Shown: positions 40,646 through 55,180 of the stretch, in pieces
Layout of the letters: the number at the start of each line of letters is the position of its first letter
Numbering within the stretch: the stretch's first letter is position 1
Assembly (NCBI GenBank): GCA_951406725.2
Contig: OX597839.1
Location: 38,750,001-38,814,000, forward strand
Length of the DNA: 64,000 nt
Direction: 5' to 3'
From: Octopus vulgaris
Lineage: Eukaryota
Notes under the pieces: model-generated
What the model was told of the DNA's origin: nothing
Databases searched by the model: none
The model's input: the letters and a program-made list of their open reading frames with translations, nothing else
Made by a program: the position numbers and the translations under genes

Positions 40646-40689
<44 letters not shown>

Positions 40690-40702
40690 CTCATCCTCAT
40701 CG

Positions 40703-40785
<83 letters not shown>

Positions 40786-41143
40786 TAAACAAATAACTGA
40801 AGGCGAAAAGAGGAACTGTAACGAAATGAACCCCACAAGAAGATTGAATTCGATTGCTAAATAAACGAATCCCTTCTTTGATTAGACACCCCACCCAACT
40901 TCCTCTTTTCAGTGTTCGTTTGATATATTTTGCGGTTACTTTTTCAAGAATCGTTAGAGTATCGAGGAACATGCCTTGTGATATTTCTTCGAACTTTTCA
41001 TGTTCTGAGTTCGAATCCAGCGGAATCAAACTTAGCCTTTTATTTTTTTCTAGGGTTGATAAAATACTGTACTGTTCGTTGTGCATTGTGAGGGGTTTCC
41101 TAGTTCTTCTATCCAAGTTCTGTAGCTCTGTCTTTGTCCATTA

Positions 41144-41526
41144 TCTCTCTATATATAAACGGCAGTTTGTCTGTCTGCGTGTCTGTGTGTCTGTCAGGTT
41201 GTACCCTCACCCTGACCACGGCTTTCAACCGATTCCGATGAAACTTGACACACACATAGCCCAATGTCATAATTCAAAACTAACGCAGCGAAAATTTTGA
41301 AAAGTTCCCCCAGTTCTGAAAAAAATCGATAAATTCGACATGGGGTCGAGAATCAGAAACACAAACCACAGACTGTCTAGGGGACGCAACTCGACCTTTT
41401 TAACTCTAAAAAAAATTTACCATAATTTTTTTCCCATTTTTTTGCTATTTTTTGGCTATAACTCTCTAAAAATGCTTTATAGTTATTTCCCTTACAAACC
41501 CGAGCAACGCCGGGCGATACTGCTAG
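41144..41526 (+). mobile_element. Non-autonomous Helitron
   Basis: A|TC 5' end (tctctctatatataaa), (GTCT)n near the 5' end, 3' hairpin CCCG-agcaacgc-CGGG, CTAG|T terminus, no TSD. Confidence 0.85.
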
Positions 41527-41829
41527 TAGAAAATAAAACAGAAACGCATCTTACTGCGGGCATGGTCTAATTTCCATCTACTACATTCACCCAGAAGGCA
41601 TCGGTCAACCAAGAGCTATATAGCAGAAGACCTACGACCAAGGCCACATGTGATGAGGCTGGACCCGAAACCACATGGCTGCAAAGCGAACTTCTTAACC
41701 TCGCAGCCACACCTGCGCCTAATGGTAAACGACAGCAACAAGAACACAAATAACAGTAGCAATGATGATGATAACAAAAACAACAGCAATAATAATAATC
41801 CCTTTATTATTAACCATAGAGATAACGCT

Positions 41830-41903
<74 letters not shown>

Positions 41904-41904
41904 T

Positions 41905-41961
<57 letters not shown>

Positions 41962-41962
41962 A

Positions 41963-42080
<118 letters not shown>

Positions 42081-42081
42081 A

Positions 42082-42155
<74 letters not shown>

Positions 42156-42156
42156 C

Positions 42157-42214
<58 letters not shown>

Positions 42215-43444
42215 AACAACTACAACTACAACTACTACTACTAGATAATGGTTTCTGCTAAGGAGGTAAAATAAAAAAAATATATTAATGATAGCAATCT
42301 TAAACGAATGAGGAATAATTATGGTTATGACGATGATGATGATGGCTAAGGTATTGTTGTTCTTCTTCTTGGTGGGGGTGGCGATGATGATAATGGTGAT
42401 GATAAGAATGACTGACGACAACGATGATGATGATGATGATGGCCATAAGGAAGATGGAGGTGGGGGGATGATGACAATGATGGTGGTGATGGTAAGGATG
42501 ATGGTGATAACGACGTTGACCGTGATGACGATGATGATGATGATGGCCACCACCGCCACCACCACACCACCACCGCCACTATCACCACCACAACCGCCAC
42601 CACCACCACCACCACCACAACTACCACCGCCACCGTCGCTACCACCACCGTCGCTACCACCACCTCTACCACCACGATGATGATGATGGCCATAAGGATG
42701 ATGGAAGTGGGGGGATGGTGACAATGATGGTGGTGATGGTAAGGATAATGGTGATAACGACGTTGACCGTGATGACGACGATGATGATGATGATGATGAT
42801 GATGATGGTAATGATGATGATGATGATGATGAAGATGATGATTGCGGCGGTGGTGTTGATGACGATAGGGAGGTTGATGATAGTGATGATGATGATGATG
42901 ATGGCGACAACGACGGTCATGGTGATCGCCGTGATGATAATGATGATCATGATGATGATGACAACGGTGATCATTGTTGGTAATGATGATTGTTATGATG
43001 ATGGTGATGACGTCGGTGGTGGTGATGGTGGTGTGGTGGTGGCGGTAGTGGTGATGGTGGTGGTGGCGGTGGCAATGGTGCGACTGGTAGACATGCAAAT
43101 TGTTCTGTTAATTCTCTTGGAAATCACGATGTTCAGTCGGGATAATTATCTCAATTATAGACTGCAGAGAGAGAAGGAGCGTGGACGTCTTCACTACAGC
43201 AACAACAACAACAACAACTGCAGTATCATCATCATCATCATCAGCAGCAGCAGCAGCACCACCACCACCACCACCACCACCACCACCAACAACAACATCA
43301 TCATCAGCATCGCCTCAACCACCACCATCGACACCGCCGCCGCCGCCGCCACCACCACCACCACCACCACCAGCAACAACGACAACAGCAACAGCAAGAA
43401 CAACACTGCTTGTATGAGTGACACTAATTTACAACTATTACGCG

Positions 43445-43490
<46 letters not shown>

Positions 43491-43499
43491 GTTGTATAA

Positions 43500-43635
43500 T
43501 TCTTAAACAAGAATATCATTGACAGTGACTTCGAAGGGTCGGTCAGCAAAGCCATCGTCGGAATGCTGGCAATCCGATGATGGCTTAACTGGTCGAAACT
43601 TCGAAGTCACTATCAACAACATTCTTGTATAAGAA
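43500..43635. repeat. Fold-back hairpin whose right arm is a degenerate type I hammerhead
   Basis: Arms 43500-43562 and 43573-43635; right arm reads CCGATGA t GGC..GTC GAAA CTTCGAAG TC. Confidence 0.8.
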
Positions 43636-43729
43636 GAATAACTTTGTAATCTACAAAAGTATAGAGCAACCCATCAAATTAATGTAAAATTGTTTTTATC
43701 ATAACTGAACATAAACACACACACACACA

Positions 43730-43789
<60 letters not shown>

Positions 43790-43905
43790 GTGGGCTTCTT
43801 TCGGTTTCCGTCTACCAAATCCACTCATAAGGCTTTGATCGATCCGGGGCTATAGCAGAAGACACTTACCCAAGGTGCCACGCAGTAATTGAGTAATTTT
43901 AGTAT

Positions 43906-44099
43906 CTCTTTTACTTGTTTCAGTCATTCAGACTGTGGCCATGATGGAGCACCGCCTTTAGTCGAACAAACCGACCCCAGAACTTTGGAAGTGTTGTACT
44001 TATTCTATCGGTCGTTTTTGATGAGCCGCTAAGTTACGGGCATATAAATATACCGGCATCGGTTGTCAAGCGATGTTGGGGGGGACAAACACAGACACA

Positions 44100-44175
<76 letters not shown>

Positions 44176-44344
44176 CATATATACGACGGGCTTCTTTCAG
44201 TTTCCGTCTACCAACAAATCCACTCACAAAGCTTTAGTCGGCCCGAAGCTTTAGTAGAAGACACTTGCCCAAGGTGCCACGCAGTGGGACTGAACCCGGA
44301 ACCATGAGGTTGGTAAGCAAGCTACTTACCAAACAGCCACTCCT
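43906..44344 (-). mobile_element. SINE S1 (plus fragment 43786-43886)
   Basis: As other S1 copies. Confidence 0.9.
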
Positions 44345-44495
44345 TATATTATATATATATATATAGGAAAAAAAACGTATGTAATTATGAACAAGTCACT
44401 ATTATAACTACGAGGGTTAAGAAAAACCTTTACATGTTAGAAATAGTAGCCAAAACCGCTATAAAGCCATAGTGAACTCATATCATTTCTCCTCA

Positions 44496-44585
<90 letters not shown>

Positions 44586-47034
44586 AACCGCCTACTATAT
44601 ATACACAAATTATGTGTATGTATATACATACATTATATATATACATATATATATAATGTAATATATGTATATGCATATATGTATATTATGACATTACGTA
44701 TATACATTATATATACATATGTATAGATTATCTAAGAACATACATACATACATACACATATATATATATATATTCTCACATACCCACACACATGCATAGA
44801 AATCGATGTAGATAAGCATTTTAATATAAAAATTTTACAAATTCATATTATTATTCCAGTCACGATTAGTAGCATACAGTGTTTGAGAGGACAGCCTACA
44901 GGGATCTCTGATATACATCACTGAGTATCGAACGCACATAATTCGCTGTTTAATCTTGGCGATAAATATCTCGTGGAAATAAAAAGGAAAACAAAGCACA
45001 AATATAAGAATATAAAAAAGCAAGCATGCAAAGAAAACGAGAATTGGAGAGAAACTGAAAAAGAACGCTAAAACAAAATCAGCCATTACTGTACGTAACT
45101 GCACACATACACATGCAAACATATATAAACACACATATATATATATATACAGTTACATACTTGCACATGTATGCTCGCGATTGCGCGCATACACTATCTT
45201 CTTTGTACACATATCTGTTCATATTTGTACAGATGTATACTTAAACATGCATGCATACACATTAGCACACATATATATATACACAAATATATAATCAAAA
45301 ATGAAAAAAATATGCACGTATTAAAGTTCACTCGACTTTAGTTTTAATATTGCCTCGTACGTATGTTTATGTGCATGTGCGTATGTGCACACTTCTACAT
45401 GCATATGCATATATTTATATACACAAATATGCGTGAGTGGAATTTTTTATCGTTGGATTTTATTTACAAACTTTACATGTGTGCACATATATTTCACGTT
45501 GTGTGTGTATACATATACAAAATTAAATATATATGTATATATACAGAGAGAGAGGAGGGGGAGAAAATAAATGTTTGTATACACACACAAATTAAAAATT
45601 CATACGAAATGGAGCATTTTCAGATGAATGCCTTTAATGTGGAGGTTTTTCTATCGATTGGAAGCTTTAACTAAGTGTTTTTTATCTGTGACAACATGTA
45701 ACTAATTTGTGTTTGTGCATGCGCATGGTAAAATCTTTATAGAAGAGAATGTCGTATAGCAGGCTTATGCATTTATGCACCTGTATGCGCACACATATCA
45801 ACAGTAGTGTATTACACATTTAATCTATCAAAATTAGCTTGGAGGTATTTGTTTACATGTCTACATTTAATGAAAAGTTCGGATCTCTTATTTAAATAAT
45901 TATCTCAGTGAATGATTTTATTTGCGATTAGAAAAATAATTGTAGTGGAGGACGCCTTATAGCAGGGACAGGTGTACTTACACCGAGGACAGGCGTAGAC
46001 GCACCAGGGAGAGGCGTACACAGACACATAGATCACCAACAGTGGAGTGTTACACATTTAATCGGATTCAGTCAATCGATCAAAATTAACTGGTAGGTAT
46101 TTGCTGGTATGTCTACATTTTGCGAAAAGTTCGGATCTCTTATTTAAATAATAATTTGAAGAAATGCTTTTATTTAAAATGGAAAAAAAATCTTTGGAAT
46201 ACATAGGCTTATGTTTTGGAGGCATTGTTCTATACTTTATATTAGTTGTGTGTAATATAAAAATGTTAAAATCTGTTCAATGTAGAATTTTTCTGAGTGT
46301 TTTTATGCATTTTTAAAGCAACTTAAACAAAAGTAATAGACCTACTTGAGATATAACATAAAATATAAACAATTCAATGGCGAACTCTATCTTAGCATGT
46401 GGCTGCCACTGGTTATATGTTACTAAGTTCAAATGCAGAAATGCACATCTAGGATTATCACAACAGCAGCTACACAATTTTCACTTACTACTGATATATA
46501 TTATGTTACTTAACCGTGTAAGTGTATAAGAGATATTATCTCTAGGAGAATACTGTAGTTAATTTGGCTTTCAGTGGTGCATCTGCATTAAGTATAATAC
46601 GCAGATTGCCATCTTTCATTTTAGTATCGGAATTTTTTTCTATAATGAAACGGTAGGTTTCTTACAAAGAAACAGAGTTCCAAAGCTGGAATTTGGATAA
46701 CAACATCAATAAAAGGATAAAATTTGAAGTTCAGAGGAGACTTGCAAGCTTTTACTTTAGTTTACAGATTGTATCGGAAAAATAGTGTCAGATGGTCATT
46801 GTAGGTATGCGTATATGTATATATATGAATGTTTGTGTTGTGTGTGTGTGCGTGTGTGTGTGCAAGTGTATATGAATGCATGTATAAATGCATATATGTA
46901 TGTATATATGAATGTATGCGTGCATGAATGTTGGTATGACTGCATATGTACTACCTCACTGTATACACGTATGAGTCTCTGTAAAGATATACACTCGCTC
47001 ACAAAGATACATATATGCATGTATGTATGTATAC

Positions 47035-47071
<37 letters not shown>

Positions 47072-47076
<5 letters not shown>

Positions 47077-47321
47077 GCGCCCTTTTAAAGCCTAGCCAGG
47101 CTCATGGGCCCGGTTTCCCGGTTTCAATGGCGTATGTGTTCCCCACCTGGACGGGACGCCAGTCCATCGCTGCGTGACTCACTTTTGCCAGCTGAGTGGA
47201 CTGGAGCAACGTGAAAATGAAGTGTTTTGCTCAAGAACACAACGCGTCGCCCGGTCCAGGAATCGAATCCACAATTTTACGATCATGATGCTGACACCCT
47301 AACCACTAAGCCACGCGCCTC

Positions 47322-47322
<1 letters not shown>
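47072..47322 (-). mobile_element. SINE S3 full length
   Basis: Matches 1163-1411. Confidence 0.9.
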
Positions 47323-47386
<64 letters not shown>

Positions 47387-47633
47387 TAGTACGTCATTAT
47401 ACTTTGTGTTCAAATGCCGTCCAGGTCAACTTTGCCTTTCATCTTTTTGGGTCGATAAAATAAGTACCAGTTACGCACTGCGGTCGTTTTATAGTAGTAG
47501 AAAGCAATATGTATGTACCCTTCTTTCTCTCAGAGATCATGTGTTGAAACAAAAACATTACAGCGTGGAAGGTGTTTATAAGCCATTTAAAAACACACAA
47601 AAACCGTTAGATTCACTTCAACATTTCAATTTG

Positions 47634-47687
47634 ATTTTCCAAAATATTTTCGTCGCTTTGAGACCGCGACCTGTTCACTGACAAAAT
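47634..47687 (-). ncRNA. Minimal type I hammerhead with G3:C8 core swap
   Basis: ATTTTGTCA GTGAACA G GTCGC-ggtctcaaa-GCGAC GAAA ATAT TT TGGAAAAT. Confidence 0.65.
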
Positions 47688-47732
47688 TCCATGTTGCATC
47701 AGTATATATATAGTAGTCTATATATACATAGT

Positions 47733-47778
<46 letters not shown>

Positions 47779-47793
47779 GTCTATATATACATA

Positions 47794-47832
<39 letters not shown>

Positions 47833-48224
47833 AAAGCATACTTTTAGGTACTCACAATTATAGATGTTACATTCTTTTCGATGCGCTTCTAAAAATATGT
47901 TAAACGAATTTTTATTTATATATCAACATACAAGCATACACGGTCGTACGTATGTATATTATATATATATCCGTGTGTGTGTGTGTATTAGTCTAATTTG
48001 AGGCACATGACCAAGAAAGTGCTCAAAATATTCGGAGCTACGACTGAAGAATATATATGCTGCAGGTCTGGAATAACTTCGGAAATTGCAGAAAACGGAA
48101 AAATATTAGAAATAGCCATAGTTTTATGATTGTGTGTATGTATGTTTGTATGCATGTATGTATGTATACGTGTATGTATTTGCGTGTGCGTTTGTATGAG
48201 TGTGGGTATAAATATGAGTGTGTA

Positions 48225-48276
<52 letters not shown>

Positions 48277-48435
48277 TATAGTACATATTTGTAAGTACTA
48301 TATATGTATATATGTATGCCTGCCAGTATGCATGTGTATATGTATGTTTGCATGTATGCATACGTGTATTTACATTGTATGTATGGATGCATGTACGTAT
48401 GCATGCATGTATGTATATATATGTATATATATGCA

Positions 48436-48497
<62 letters not shown>

Positions 48498-48996
48498 TAT
48501 GTGTGTGTGTTGGTGTATTTATGTATGTGAGCATGTATGTAAATACTGAATTGATTAATTTAGCGATATGATCACGAAAAAATGTATAAAAGCAAAATAA
48601 AATGAAATGAAATATATATAAAAATAAAAACATAGTACAATATGTTTCAGAAATAATCTATTGTCAAGATGGCTGCTGGATAGAGAGATTTGTGATGGAA
48701 CTATGTTGGTAAGTAGCATCAGATCTCAGACATTGATGGTGGGGCGCGGGGGTGGGGGAGGACGATGGTATGGGGGGATAGGGGGGAAGAGGAGGAGGTG
48801 GAGCGAGAGAGAGAGAGAGAGAGAGAAAGAGAAGGTGGAGGTTTGGTTGGTAGTAGCGATGGTGGATTTTAGTGAGGAGGAGAAGAAAAAGAAGATGATG
48901 AAGAAGGAGAAGAGGTAGAAGAAGAAGAAAACGAAGAAGAAGAAGAAGAAGAAAACGAAGAAGAAGAAGAAGAAGACGAAGAAGAAGAAGAAGAAG

Positions 48997-49028
<32 letters not shown>

Positions 49029-49537
49029 GAAGAAGAAGAAGAAGGAGGAGAAGAAGAAGAAGAAAAAGGAGGAGGAGAAGAAGAAGAAGAAGAAGAAGAA
49101 GAAGAAGAAGAAGAAGAAGAAGAAGAAGAAGAAGAAGAAGAAGGTTGGACGAATTGCATGGCGGGAATGAATTGAAGAATGAGTAGAAAGAGATGGAGGA
49201 GAAGAAAAGTAGGAGGAGTAGGAAAGAAGAAGAAAAAAGAAGAAAGAAGAGGGCGAAGAAGAAAAAGGAGACGGAAGAAGATGAAGGAGGAAGGAAATTA
49301 GAGAAAGCGGAGTACGAAGAAGAAAATGAAGAAGGAAATAATGGAGAAGAAGCTACAAGAATGAAGGAAGTAAAGTAGAAAAATAAGAAAAGGAAGAAAA
49401 AATGACAAAAGAAAAGGAAATGATTCAAATGAAAGAATACGAAGGAAATGAACGAATAAGATTGGATAAAAAGTCGTAAATGTTATAAGTTGAAGTGAGT
49501 TAAATTGTTGAGTGAAGGAGTTGAACTGTGTGATTTT

Positions 49538-49586
<49 letters not shown>

Positions 49587-49744
49587 GACATGGGAGGAGG
49601 CAATAGAGAGAGAAGGTTGACGCTGAGGGATAAAAGATATACATATATGTATATACACATATATATACACATATGTACATATGTATATGTACATATATAT
49701 ATATATATACATATATGTATATACATATATATATATGTATATAC

Positions 49745-49799
<55 letters not shown>

Positions 49800-49806
49800 T
49801 ATATGC

Positions 49807-49873
<67 letters not shown>

Positions 49874-50698
49874 TAATACATACAAACACACACAAACACA
49901 TACGCACACAAACACACACACACACACACACAGAGGTAGACAGATAAACGGATAGATCAAATAGAGGGAGAGAGCGAGAGGGAGGAGCCTGGGGGAGAAA
50001 AATTAATGAAGAAAAATACATACAGAATGGAGAGAGAGAGAAAAGGAGAGAGTGGGTGAGGGAGAGAGAGGGGGGAAAGAGAGAAACGGAGAGAGTGGAT
50101 GAGGGATACAGAGAGAGACTGGGAAAGAGAGAGAGAGAAAAGGAAAGAGTGGGTGCGGGATAGAGAGAGAGAGAAAATGAGAAGTAACAGGTAACAGAGA
50201 ACGGTGTGTGCAAGTGTAAAGTGTGTGGGGAAGAAAAGAAAAGAGAAGAATAAAATGAGAGACTAGCGTAGAAGTAAAGCGGAGAAAGAGAAAGAGAGAG
50301 AGAGAGAGGGAAATAAAGAGAGAAAGAGGAGTAGAGAGATGAGATGGGGCTTGTTAGATCTGATCACGAACACGCCACGTTGTTAAGTTGATCGCTTCGT
50401 AATAAACGTGGTCCTTTCTGTGTGTCTAACAGCAAGGGTCTTTGGATAAGCCAGTCTTCTCTTATGGCCCTTTTATTAGCATACTCCTTAAACCAGTGGT
50501 TCCCAACCGGGGTCCATGTAAAATCTTACTCTTTTACTTAGCATAGTAATTGAATTTCTTTCAAAATTCTTACTATTTTAATAATAATAAGACCAAGTTT
50601 CATTTATGTCTAAGTAAATAATAAAAAACAACCAAGAATAAACAGTATAATCTAATATAATAATGAGCGTAGTGCTTTTATATATTTGTGTGTGTGTG

Positions 50699-50759
<61 letters not shown>

Positions 50760-50907
50760 AATATATGCATATATACATACATATATGTACATACCTATAT
50801 ATATATATATATATATTGTTATGAAAAGGGGGTCGAATTAATTAATTATTAATAAATTCGACCAAGCAGTATTCGGTATGTAAAGACCATTTACGGTATA
50901 TTTGAAG

Positions 50908-51204
50908 TATTAATTTATAAAAATATGGTAAAGTAAAAGGATTCACTTTACCACACACCGAACTTTTCAGAAATAGCAGCCAAAAATTTGGCTATTTCTT
51001 CAACTGCAAATAAAAGTCTCCAGACAATGCATACTCAGAAAAATAACTCAGAAAAATAACTCAAGTTATTTTTCTGAGTATGCATTGTCTGGAGACTTTT
51101 ATTTGCAGTTGAAGAAATAGCCAAATTTTTGGCTGCTATTTCTGAAAAGTTCGGTGTGTGGTAAAGTGAATTCTTTTACTTTACCATATTTTTATAAATT
51201 AATA
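50908..51204. repeat. Near-perfect fold-back inverted repeat, arms about 140 bp, in (TA)n-flanked element 50815-51204
   Basis: The arms differ at about 1 position; there is a 13-bp tandem duplication at the apex. Confidence 0.97.
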
Positions 51205-51323
51205 TATATATATATATATATATATTTATAAAATATTATTAGAGACAAAACCACTATTTTGCAAAACAAACAAGGAAAGACTTAATCAATACATAAAATT
51301 TTAATAAATAGTCAAAAAAACCG

Positions 51324-51366
51324 CCACTACAATTGTTTCTTGTCTTGATCGACAATCTTCAGGTGG
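51324..51366 (-). ncRNA. Minimal type I hammerhead ribozyme, canonical core, PLE-type palindromic stem III
   Basis: CCAC CTGAAGA TTGTC-gatcaa-GACAA GAAA CAATTG TA GTGG; predicted cleavage after GUA, between 51328 and 51327. Confidence 0.8.
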
Positions 51367-51474
51367 ACTTCCAATAAGTCAGTTTCAAATTATGAAGTAT
51401 ATATATTATTATATATGAATTATATATATTTATATATATATATATATACACACACACACATATATATATATATA

Positions 51475-51529
<55 letters not shown>

Positions 51530-51599
51530 TATATAAATATATGCATATATACATACATATATGTACATACCTATATATATATATATATGTATATATACA

Positions 51600-51790
51600 T
51601 GCATATATGGGTACAGGACATCAAAAAAGCCTTGAACACAATGAGAAACGAAAACATAAAAACAAAAACATAGAAACGAACTTTTTTCGAACAACGAAAA
51701 AAAAAACAAACAAACAGAGAAACGAGATATACAACATAAAGAATATTCCCTTTCTTCAGTTGTCCCTGTTTCCTCTACTCCACGTTTCAC
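51600..51790 (-). mobile_element. Third H2 element, 5'-truncated within the rearranged hammerhead
   Basis: GAAA-CGTGG..agtagaggaaac..GACAA-CTGAAGA-AAGGGAAT; the upstream part is replaced by (TA)n. Confidence 0.7.
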
Positions 51791-51849
<59 letters not shown>

Positions 51850-52058
51850 GCGAGAAATGGAAGTTAGATCCCTGCATATCTCAAATCTATTTTCATTCCT
51901 CAGCCTCACTCTCTATTTCGTATCTTATCTAAATTAACTATTGCTTAACCATCTTCTCACACCGTCTAAAATGAAGGGATATAATAAATATCTTAGAAAC
52001 AGCAGTAAGACCTTCTATTTATAAACGTTCTAAAATCTACGCAACCTTGATTTTTTAG

Positions 52059-52127
<69 letters not shown>

Positions 52128-52645
52128 GTATGTATACACACATAAACAAAGGCTGTACGTTTCATATTTGGACAGTACACTAATCACAGTGGCTTTTATA
52201 GCGTGCCGTATACTATCCTGCAATCGTTCAGACTCAAAATAAATACGATTTCTATCTGAGAATATGCTAGAAAGAAGGAGAAATAAAAGAAAAATGAGAA
52301 AAGAAAAGTTTAGAGAAAAATGGAAGATAAAACTTGTGTCCCTTTGGTCCGTTAGAAAACGTATACTGATCAAATTTACACATGAATTGACAATGGTTGG
52401 TAGGGCTAATCCGATGGGAAAAGGCTAAAATTTGTAAGATTGTCTAATCTAGAGACAGTTCGATTGCAGAAACTTGTCAAGATACCTGCATCTTGTGAAA
52501 ATTTCCGATCTCGGCTTCAGTGGGTTAGTGGCCTTTTATTATGGAGTTTCAAGGCGTGCAGCCACTTCAAACAAATTACTTTCTGCGTGTCCGAATTGAT
52601 TACTTCTTTATCGGATCGTTTCTTGTGTGCGTATATGTACGTGTA

Positions 52646-52681
<36 letters not shown>

Positions 52682-53182
52682 CATGCGCATTTGTATATGT
52701 GTGCATACATACATGATACACACACACGTGTGTGTGTGTGTGTATTGCTATACGATATTACGTATGCTTTCCTGTAATATTGATCATTAATCGATTGGTG
52801 ACATCCGTGAAAGTGTGTGAGATTCAAAAAGAGAGAGAAAAATTAGAAACAGAAATTAAATGGTAACTAATATATTTTTTCAAAAAAAATCTTCAAAAAG
52901 AAAAGTATGCAAAAAACAAAAAGTTTAACACCACGGAAATCAATAACAGCAACAACTTTAACAACAACAACAACAACAACAGCAACAATAACAAAAACAA
53001 CTGCAGTAAGAAAATGACTAGGGATGACAACAACAACAACAGCAGAAACATAATTACAAGAACAATTAGAATAGAAAAACGATAGATGTGCACCAACACA
53101 TACATAACATATATATATATACATACACACACATATACATGCACTCATACGTCTTTAAATAAATATATATATATGTGGGTAT

Positions 53183-53266
<84 letters not shown>

Positions 53267-53295
53267 GTTACATATATATATATATTACATATATA

Positions 53296-53343
<48 letters not shown>

Positions 53344-53994
53344 TACACATTACACACACACACATATATATATATATATATTACACACACACACACACAT
53401 ATATATTACATATATATATATATATTACATATATATACACCAAAACAATAATAAGGGCAATAATATCAACATTGACGTCAAAGGTAATAAGAACGAGAAT
53501 ATCAACATCTGTAACAACATCAACATTGGCAACAACACGAACAACAACAACAACGACAATAACAGCAATAACAACAAGAACGATAACAATACCAACATCA
53601 ATAAAAACCACAATGTAAACAACAGAACAATAAAAAAACAAAAACAATAATAAATGCAAACAGCAGCAAAAACAACAACAACAAACTTCAAACTTGAAAA
53701 AGTGCAGATTTGAAAAAAAAAAAAAAAAAAAAAAAAGAAGGAAAAAGTTCTCAAAAATAAAGTCAAGTAAAAGAAAAACGGTAAAAATTACAAGAAAACT
53801 ATAGGAAAAGAACAATAATAATAAGAAGAAGAACAACAACAAGTCGTGAAAATATGTTGAAAATAAAACAAGGTTTCTTCCCTGAAGAGAAGACTCTGTC
53901 GGAAATCGGAAAAATTGTTCACACTACTTCCGCTTGACCCATTTTCAGTTCCGCTTTATGAGAGAGAGAGGGAGAGCGAGAGAGAGGGAGAGGG

Positions 53995-54043
<49 letters not shown>

Positions 54044-54080
54044 GGGTCAGAGTTTATAGGTCGTCCAATCACTGAAGCAA

Positions 54081-54119
<39 letters not shown>

Positions 54120-54173
54120 TATATATACATATAAACACATATATAAACATATAGATTTATACAAATACATACA

Positions 54174-54209
<36 letters not shown>

Positions 54210-54217
54210 TATACATA

Positions 54218-54265
<48 letters not shown>

Positions 54266-54329
54266 ATGGATTCTCCCGCTGAAGACGACATACGAGCGTT
54301 CTCAGCCTCTGCCGTACAACCTGCAGTGA

Positions 54330-54441
54330 TCAAGTGTCTTCTGCTATAGCCGCGGGCCGACCAAAACCTTGTGAGTGGATTTAGGAAAGAAGCCCGTAGA
54401 CGGGTGTGTGTGGAAACTGAAAGAAGAATTCCAACCCTGTC

Positions 54442-54479
<38 letters not shown>

Positions 54480-54494
54480 ATGCTTCACAATGAC

Positions 54495-54581
<87 letters not shown>

Positions 54582-54739
54582 TTGTGTGTCTGTGTTTGCC
54601 CCCCCCCACCCAACATCGCTTGATAACCGATGCTGATTTACGTCCCCGTAACTTAACAGTTCGGCAAAAGGGACCAATAGAATAAGTACTAGGCTTACAA
54701 AGAATAAGCCCTGGCGGCGATTTGCTCGACTAAAGGCGG
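54330..54739 (+). mobile_element. SINE S1, 5'-truncated with expanded internal microsatellite
   Basis: S1 body. Confidence 0.85.
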
Positions 54740-54870
54740 TGTGTGTGTGTGTGTGTATACATATGTATATATATGTGTGTGTATATATGTATTATATATA
54801 TATACACACACATATATATACATATATGTATCTGTCTGTCTGTCTCTCTCTCGTTCGACCTATCTCTCTT

Positions 54871-54904
<34 letters not shown>

Positions 54905-55180
54905 CATATATTTCTTTACACATATACATATATGAATTGATATATGTGTGTGTATATATATATATAAATATATATGCGTATGTATATATATTTGCGACAG
55001 GCTTCCACACAGTTTCCGTTTATCAAATTCGCGCACAAGGCATCGGTTGGCACGGGGCCCATTGTAGTAGTCCCTTGCCTCAGAGAGTGCTGTAATCTGG
55101 GCGCTTATATTCCACGGACACCAGACTAAAATCCGGCTTTAAGGGTCCTTAAGTCTCACGATTGGCCCCTAAGTGTTCCA

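Noticed and set aside
50493-50520. cagtggttcccaacc hAT-like terminus
   Set aside because: No matching second terminus or TSD was found; too short to call.
52359-52380. acgtatactga, matching the 5' part of miR-iab-4
   Set aside because: Only 11 nt match and there is no precursor hairpin.
53882-53910. CTGAAGA...GAAA on the + strand
   Set aside because: No credible stems II, III or I.
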